The position numbers were made by a program, and so were the translations under genes. Positions 41,968 to 46,631 of a DNA stretch of 46,631 nt are shown in pieces. The first letter of the stretch is position 1; every line of letters starts with the position of its first letter. Origin of the DNA: a virus (Duplodnaviria > Caudoviricetes); the IMG/VR virus record IMGVR_UViG_3300043178_000177, positions 1 through 46,631 of that record; one strand, given 5' to 3'. The notes below the pieces were generated by a model. The model ran no database searches. It was not told the origin of the DNA and saw only the letters and a list, made by a program, of their open reading frames with translations.

Positions 41968-43055
41968 GCCTCGATCCCCCGGTTCTCTCGCCGGACGGTA
42001 AACGTGCGTGATTCGGCCGCCGGCGAAAACGAGCGGCTCTCGGGCCGGATCGGCAACGTGCGTTCGGGAGCCGCTGCCGGCCGGAGATATGCCATGAGGC
42101 TTGAGTTTCCCGCGATCGCCGCGCTTCGTGGCGTGCCGCGGAATCCAACTGCGGCGAAAGACGAGCCGCCGGCGATCTGCGCAGAGCGGTACGCCATCAG
42201 CGGCGTGTACCAGAACCGGTGCCGTTTGCCGAGCAGCACCCATGGGCCCAACGCGAGCTCGCGGATCTCCTCCGAATACAGCGCTCGCGTCCAGGCGGCG
42301 AAGCCGAAGATCTCGGCGAACATCCCCGGCGTGGCCGACGACAGCGCCCAGACATCCAGGTTGCCGGAAACGGAACTGGCGTTGGCGAGTGTGCTCTGCA
42401 CGGCCAGCACGCCATTGTGGTAGACGCTGGCGGTCTTGTTGGCGTCGCACGGCAGAACAAAGGCGACGCAGGCGACCTTCCGAAGATCGGCGCCGTACGA
42501 GCCCCACTCGAATGGCCCGTACGGCGACGAGTTGTTCCGGAAGATCGCTTTGTAGTTGCCGGTGGACGTGCGCAAGCCCAGCCACCACGTGCTCGTGTAG
42601 CTGTTGCCGAGCAGCGTTGGGAACCCCGTGCCGTTCACGCGGTTGATTCGGAACCAGGTACAGACGGAGATCGTCTTGTTCGTTCCGTCGCTGCTGTACA
42701 TCGGGCAGTAGCCGAGACTGCCCACGGACAGGCCGAGTTGCTCGTTACTGTAGGCGAACGCATTACCGAATGGCGTGGCGAGATTGCCGCCCGAGCCGGT
42801 CGGTACCACCAGTCCCGCGGGCGCACCGCCCGACTGCGCGCGGCGTTTGTAGTAGGCGGCGGTGTATTCTCCGACGGTCGTCTCCCGCTTACCGTTCATG
42901 TGCAGGACATTGAGCGACATCCTGGGCTCGAGCGCGCTCGGCAACCAGAGCGAATGCAGGCCGCCCGCCAGCGGCGAGGTGAAGTCCGGAAGCTCCTCGT
43001 AGTGACTGCTCGGGAAGCAGGACTGCGGCTCCGTGTTGAGCAGGAGGTGCCGCAT
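41964..43055 (-). CDS. Phage minor tail protein with LamG/ConA-like beta-sandwich
   Basis: ISVCTWFR...SVYHNGVL...FAAWTRALYSEEIREL is LamG-like; start 43055 overlaps upstream stop. Confidence 0.65.
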   Translation of the reverse strand: MRHLLLNTEPQSCFPSSHYEELPDFTSPLAGGLHSLWLPSALEPRMSLNVLHMNGKRETTVGEYTAAYYKRRAQSGGAPAGLVVPTGSGGNLATPFGNAFAYSNEQLGLSVGSLGYCPMYSSDGTNKTISVCTWFRINRVNGTGFPTLLGNSYTSTWWLGLRTSTGNYKAIFRNNSSPYGPFEWGSYGADLRKVACVAFVLPCDANKTASVYHNGVLAVQSTLANASSVSGNLDVWALSSATPGMFAEIFGFAAWTRALYSEEIRELALGPWVLLGKRHRFWYTPLMAYRSAQIAGGSSFAAVGFRGTPRSAAIAGNSSLMAYLRPAAAPERTLPIRPESRSFSPAAESRTFTVRRENRGIEA

Positions 43056-43531
43056 CAGGAGACCTCGAACTCGACGCCGCGCCAGAAGCCGAGGTTGTCG
43101 GATGCATCGAGAGCGACGCCGCAGCGGTTGATCGCAAGGACACCCCACACGGGCGGAAGCACATTGCCGAACGCTGGCGCGACGGAGAATGGCGGGCTGA
43201 TCACGGTGCCTGCGGCGGCGACATAGAGAGAGCCGATCGGGCGGATGGAGAGCGTCTCAAGGGCGACGGAGACCGCCTCATCCACGCCCGTAACGCCAGC
43301 CGGGAAGATGGGAGCTGCGTCGTCCGCAGCACCCCAGGCGAAGAAGTAGACGGCATAGCGGTCGCCGAAGGTGCCCGACGCGGTTTTGATCTTGAACTGG
43401 CAGATGGCGTCGATGTAGCGGCTGTTCTGGTTCTCGACCTTCGCGGAGCTTCTCGCGGCGCCGGAGGCAAGGCCGTTGATCGTGATGCCGAAGTTGGTGA
43501 CAGGGCCGAACTGCGTGCGGATGGTAGACAC
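43055..43531 (-). CDS. Phage minor structural protein (hypothetical)
   Basis: 158 aa, beta-rich, in tail operon, GAGG RBS. Confidence 0.7.
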   Translation of the reverse strand: MSTIRTQFGPVTNFGITINGLASGAARSSAKVENQNSRYIDAICQFKIKTASGTFGDRYAVYFFAWGAADDAAPIFPAGVTGVDEAVSVALETLSIRPIGSLYVAAAGTVISPPFSVAPAFGNVLPPVWGVLAINRCGVALDASDNLGFWRGVEFEVS

Positions 43532-43540
43532 GTGCGCCTC

Positions 43541-43924
43541 TTAGTCCTGGAGGATCGAAAGGTCGTTCTCGCGGACGATGACGAAGTCGCCGTCGTTGAC
43601 CATGGCGGGCGAGGAGAGCGGGCCACCGCCGAGGAAGTTGCCGCTGGTCACCGCATCCCAAAGGCCGATGTGGGTGTAGGTCCCGGCAGGCACCTGGATC
43701 AGCAGTAAGGCGACATTCCGAACCCGCTTCGCGTTGCCGTCGTTGTCGACGCCGGTGAACGGCGTGACGGCTTTCCTGGCGTACGGTGCGCCGGAGGCCT
43801 CGCCCTGGCCCGTCTTGCCCGGGTCGGCCGTGTGCAAACTGCACCAGTGTTCGGTGACCTGGAAATCCTGCCCGAAAAACGCCTTTTCGAGGATCTTCTG
43901 GTCGAGGTAATCGGAAAACGGCAT
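43541..43924 (-). CDS. Phage minor tail protein (127 aa)
   Basis: SDYLDQKIL...SLHTADPG...YARKAV...THIGLWDAVTSGNFL, a common phage tail family pattern. Confidence 0.8.
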   Translation of the reverse strand: MPFSDYLDQKILEKAFFGQDFQVTEHWCSLHTADPGKTGQGEASGAPYARKAVTPFTGVDNDGNAKRVRNVALLLIQVPAGTYTHIGLWDAVTSGNFLGGGPLSSPAMVNDGDFVIVRENDLSILQD

Positions 43925-43942
43925 CGTGCTCTCCGCGAGGTT

Positions 43943-44344
43943 TCAGGCCAATTCGATCAACTCGATGTTCACGTCCGAGCGGCCGAGCGAGACCGACTGG
44001 TTCCACTCGCCGTTGAACCGCACCGTGTAGCGGCCAGCGACAGCCTGGCCAGTTGGGTCGTGCGAGAACTTCGGGTTGGTCTCATACGGGTCATAGAAGT
44101 AGAACGGCTCCGTTGGACCCTGGCGAGCATCGTAAAACTCGCGGAGCACCGCGAGCTGCGCGGGCGTGAGCCGCTTCGCCAGGCGCCAGCGCTTGCGGCT
44201 GTTCGCGGCCTGCGTCGACCGCTGCGATCCGCCGTTGCGGTACTCGTTATCGAGCACCGGATACTCGCGTGCGTGGACGAAGGCGCGCGAGAGGCTATTC
44301 GGTAGAACGGTGGCCGGCGCCGCGTTGAAAACCGAGCCAGGCAT
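43943..44344 (-). CDS. Distal-tail-like (DUF2460/gpM-like) protein
   Basis: EYRNGGSQR...W.L...LREFYDARQG..EPFYFYDP...YTVRF...IELIELA; position after tape measure. Confidence 0.72.
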   Translation of the reverse strand: MPGSVFNAAPATVLPNSLSRAFVHAREYPVLDNEYRNGGSQRSTQAANSRKRWRLAKRLTPAQLAVLREFYDARQGPTEPFYFYDPYETNPKFSHDPTGQAVAGRYTVRFNGEWNQSVSLGRSDVNIELIELA

Positions 44345-44790
44345 CAGGCCGTCACCAGGTCGAGAAGCCGCTGGTCCGGCCGCACGCCGAGCCTCGCTTC
44401 CACGAAGCGCGCATAGGCGGCCGGATGATTGCCGTCCGCCGAGGGCGCGTACACGCGAAACATCTCCTCCGCCGTCGGCGGCTTGCCCTGCGTGTAGCGC
44501 CCGTCCAGATATTGCCCGACGAGCACGCGCAGGATGCGCCACCCTTCCTCGACCGCTCGTCGGCTGATATCCTCACGCGAGGAGCCGGGAAACCGCTCCG
44601 AAGCCCAGGCGACGAAGTCGACGTAGCCCTTCAAAGTCGGGTACGCCCTGCCGCGGCTGTCCCGCCACTGCCGGATGTTACCCGGATTGGCGTTTCGCTG
44701 GGCAAGGGTCGGGTGCGCGGCTGTGAGATGGAATCCCTCCATCTCCGCGATCGCGCGGGCGATCTTCTCGATGAGTTCCTGGCGGGTCAT
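44344..44790 (-). CDS. Lysozyme-fold virion protein (RNxNPGNI family)
   Basis: AIAEMEG...RNANPGNIR...GYVDF...YAPSADGNHPAAYARFV. Confidence 0.7.
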   Translation of the reverse strand: MTRQELIEKIARAIAEMEGFHLTAAHPTLAQRNANPGNIRQWRDSRGRAYPTLKGYVDFVAWASERFPGSSREDISRRAVEEGWRILRVLVGQYLDGRYTQGKPPTAEEMFRVYAPSADGNHPAAYARFVEARLGVRPDQRLLDLVTA

Positions 44791-46631
44791 GACACAATCA
44801 ATCCCGGACTGAGTTGCAGTCCCGTCATCTCGCGCCGGCCGGCATTCTGCCTCGTGGCTGTCATCGCCGCCGATTGCACCGCCCGCGGATTCTCGACCAC
44901 CACACGCACGGTCTCCTTCTCGAAGAACTCCTTCGCACCTGGCACGGTGATGTTGATCACCGTGGGAGCCGCCGAGGATGGTGCACCACCACCAATCCGG
45001 TCCAGAGTGAGGCCGCCAGAACTCTGCTGGAACAGGCTGCCCCCCTGCTGGAGCAGCGAAACCGGACGCATTGTCGCTGGCAGCCCTGACGTGCCTTGGC
45101 CCGTTGAGAGGGCGTACAGTTCCACCAAATCGCGGATCTGCTGGCTGCGGACGGCCATGTCGAGGTTGCCGCCGAAGCCTTGCTTGGCGATGTCGACGAT
45201 CTGTTTCAGCACACCCTTGTCGCTGATGTCGACACCATAGGTGGCCTTGATTTTCTCCCGCGCCTTCTCCTGCGCTCCCTTGACGAAGAGCCGCACCAGT
45301 CCGGCGACAGCCCCTATGCCAGCGCCAATGGCCGCGCCGAGAGGACCGCCGTACTTGTAGCCGATCAATGCTCCGCCGGCAGTGGTCATGGCCAAGCCGG
45401 ATACCCCGCCGCGCTGCAACCCCATCATGGCGAGCGTCGCGCCGCCGAGCAGTGCCGCATTGGATCGCCCGAGGGCCGAGAGCTTCTGGCCCATGCTCGC
45501 GGCCTCCCAAGTGACTGCCTTGCCCGGCGCGTACTGGACGCCGCCGCCGAAACCGAAAAAGTCCTTCCAGGCGCCGATTACTCCAGCCCATCCGCCGCCC
45601 TTCCCGGACGGAATGAAGGGAGGCGTACCCCACCCTCCGGCCGAGCCGCCAGGAATGGGCCCGCCGCCGCTACCGAATACTGGGGCGGCACCGACGCCCA
45701 ACAGCCCACCGAGCCTCCCGAGCGGACCACCACTGGGAACTCCACCACCCGCGAGCGAAACGCGAGTCCCGGTGAACAACTGCATGAGCATCGCGGCCAC
45801 GCGGCTCGTGACGACATCTTTAATAGCCGTGAGGAGCGCGGTCTTAAGCGAATTGCCGATGGCCGACCAGATGGACTGGGACTTCGTGAGCAGCGCATCG
45901 AAGACGCCTTCGGCCTGACGTTTGAAAGAATCGAAGATCTGCCGGTTGTGGTCGCGCACCATCGCCGCCGTCCGATTGGCGGCATTCTGGCGTGCTGCGT
46001 CGATTGCGGAATCCGTGGCTCCCTGATTCGCCTGGCGGATCTCTTCGCGCTGCTGGGTGAGTTCCGCGATGCGGGCCTTGATCTCATCGGCGCGGTAGCC
46101 GAGCCGCCGCAGATTCGCCTCTTCCTCCAGAACCATGCGCGAGGTTTCGAGATCGAACAGGCGCATCTTGATTTCGTGAACCCGCTCCAGGTAGTCCACC
46201 TCGATCGCGGCCTTCCGTTGCTCCACCGCGACCTTCTGCTCGAGGGTCTGGGCGTCCATTGCCTCTACGGCCCGCAAACGCGCTTCCCGATCGATGCCGG
46301 CGCGCTGTTCTTCCACGCCCATCATCCGTTCGAGGTGATCGAGGTTTCGGCGAGCGATGTCCCCGTTGTACTCAAGGCGGCGCTGATACACCTCCGCCTC
46401 GAACTGCATCCGCTGCCGGGCCGCTTCTTCCTCGCCCTTCAGGTACTCAGCCAACTGCTCGCGGTTTTCTTTCTGGAGCTTCTCCTTGAATGCCGTCCAG
46501 CGATTACCGAGTTCGTTGAGCACGTTCTGCCACGCCTGGCGGGTGAGCGCGATGCGCTGGGAGACGCCCTTGTCGTCGGTGAACGTGGTCCACTTCTCGA
46601 TCCGGGCGTTCATTTCGGCGATCTCGCGGGC
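44787..46631 (-). CDS. Phage tape measure protein, C-terminal part (5'-truncated by window)
   Basis: Long coiled coil, then Gly/Ala-rich hydrophobic repeats (GPLGAAIGAGIGAVAG), ending TVINITV; open to window edge. Confidence 0.85.
   Translation of the reverse strand, partial: AREIAEMNARIEKWTTFTDDKGVSQRIALTRQAWQNVLNELGNRWTAFKEKLQKENREQLAEYLKGEEEAARQRMQFEAEVYQRRLEYNGDIARRNLDHLERMMGVEEQRAGIDREARLRAVEAMDAQTLEQKVAVEQRKAAIEVDYLERVHEIKMRLFDLETSRMVLEEEANLRRLGYRADEIKARIAELTQQREEIRQANQGATDSAIDAARQNAANRTAAMVRDHNRQIFDSFKRQAEGVFDALLTKSQSIWSAIGNSLKTALLTAIKDVVTSRVAAMLMQLFTGTRVSLAGGGVPSGGPLGRLGGLLGVGAAPVFGSGGGPIPGGSAGGWGTPPFIPSGKGGGWAGVIGAWKDFFGFGGGVQYAPGKAVTWEAASMGQKLSALGRSNAALLGGATLAMMGLQRGGVSGLAMTTAGGALIGYKYGGPLGAAIGAGIGAVAGLVRLFVKGAQEKAREKIKATYGVDISDKGVLKQIVDIAKQGFGGNLDMAVRSQQIRDLVELYALSTGQGTSGLPATMRPVSLLQQGGSLFQQSSGGLTLDRIGGGAPSSAAPTVINITVPGAKEFFEKETVRVVVENPRAVQSAAMTATRQNAGRREMTGLQLSPGLIVS

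Larger units (their letters stand above)
31751..46631 (-). mobile_element. Prophage tail module (non-contractile, siphovirus-like); continues beyond the window
   Basis: Tape measure, distal-tail-like, tail tip and fibre genes in tight co-directional array; no sheath or baseplate wedge genes seen. Confidence 0.85.

Noticed and set aside
41704-45633. Extended ORF versions 41704-42588, 41964-43148, 43943-44542, 44344-45633
   Set aside because: N-terminal extensions overlap upstream genes out of frame; stop/start overlaps define shorter starts at 41967, 43055, 44344 and 44790
1-46631. CRISPR array, complete tRNA/rRNA, IS transposase, reverse transcriptase/DGR repeats
   Set aside because: None seen by eye; a diverged TR/VR pair or structured ncRNA cannot be excluded without self-alignment and Infernal searches

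Overview
GC-rich bacterial DNA, almost entirely minus-strand coded, that looks like prophage/integrative-element sequence; the gene families suggest Acidobacteriota or Planctomycetota (inference only). It has three blocks. (1) 1-10.3 kb is the integration/early end of an element: ParB-like protein, phage sigma-70-like factor, HTH excisionase, two unknown genes, an inverted type II R-M cassette (M.NgoMIV/M.NaeI-like C5 methylase, KpnI-like HNH nuclease, Vsr), a large serine recombinase with DUF2924 partner, and a tRNA-3'-end-like att remnant near 10.28 kb. (2) 10.4-31.6 kb is a ~21 kb, visibly less GC-rich cargo locus. It holds five zinc-ribbon proteins (four membrane-anchored, two with TPRs, one with a B-box), a membrane-anchored D-aminoacylase, a HerA/FtsK ATPase coupled to an HExxH peptidase, a Ycf46-type AAA+ module, a J-domain/beta-helix protein, a stand-alone DnaJ-type zinc finger, a ubiquitin-like conjugation module (Ubl-E2 and JAB-E1 fusions) and an 840-aa helical-repeat protein. 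(3) 31.7-46.6 kb is a siphovirus-like tail operon (tape measure to tail fibre) with a small antisense moron. The cargo locus is the best candidate for an undescribed system: a membrane-linked ubiquitin-like tagging/extraction or antiviral machine. Four small genes absent from the ORF track were found by hand (9777-9914, 16664-16843, 31401-31571, 37557-37712). All family assignments come from motif recognition, not database searches.
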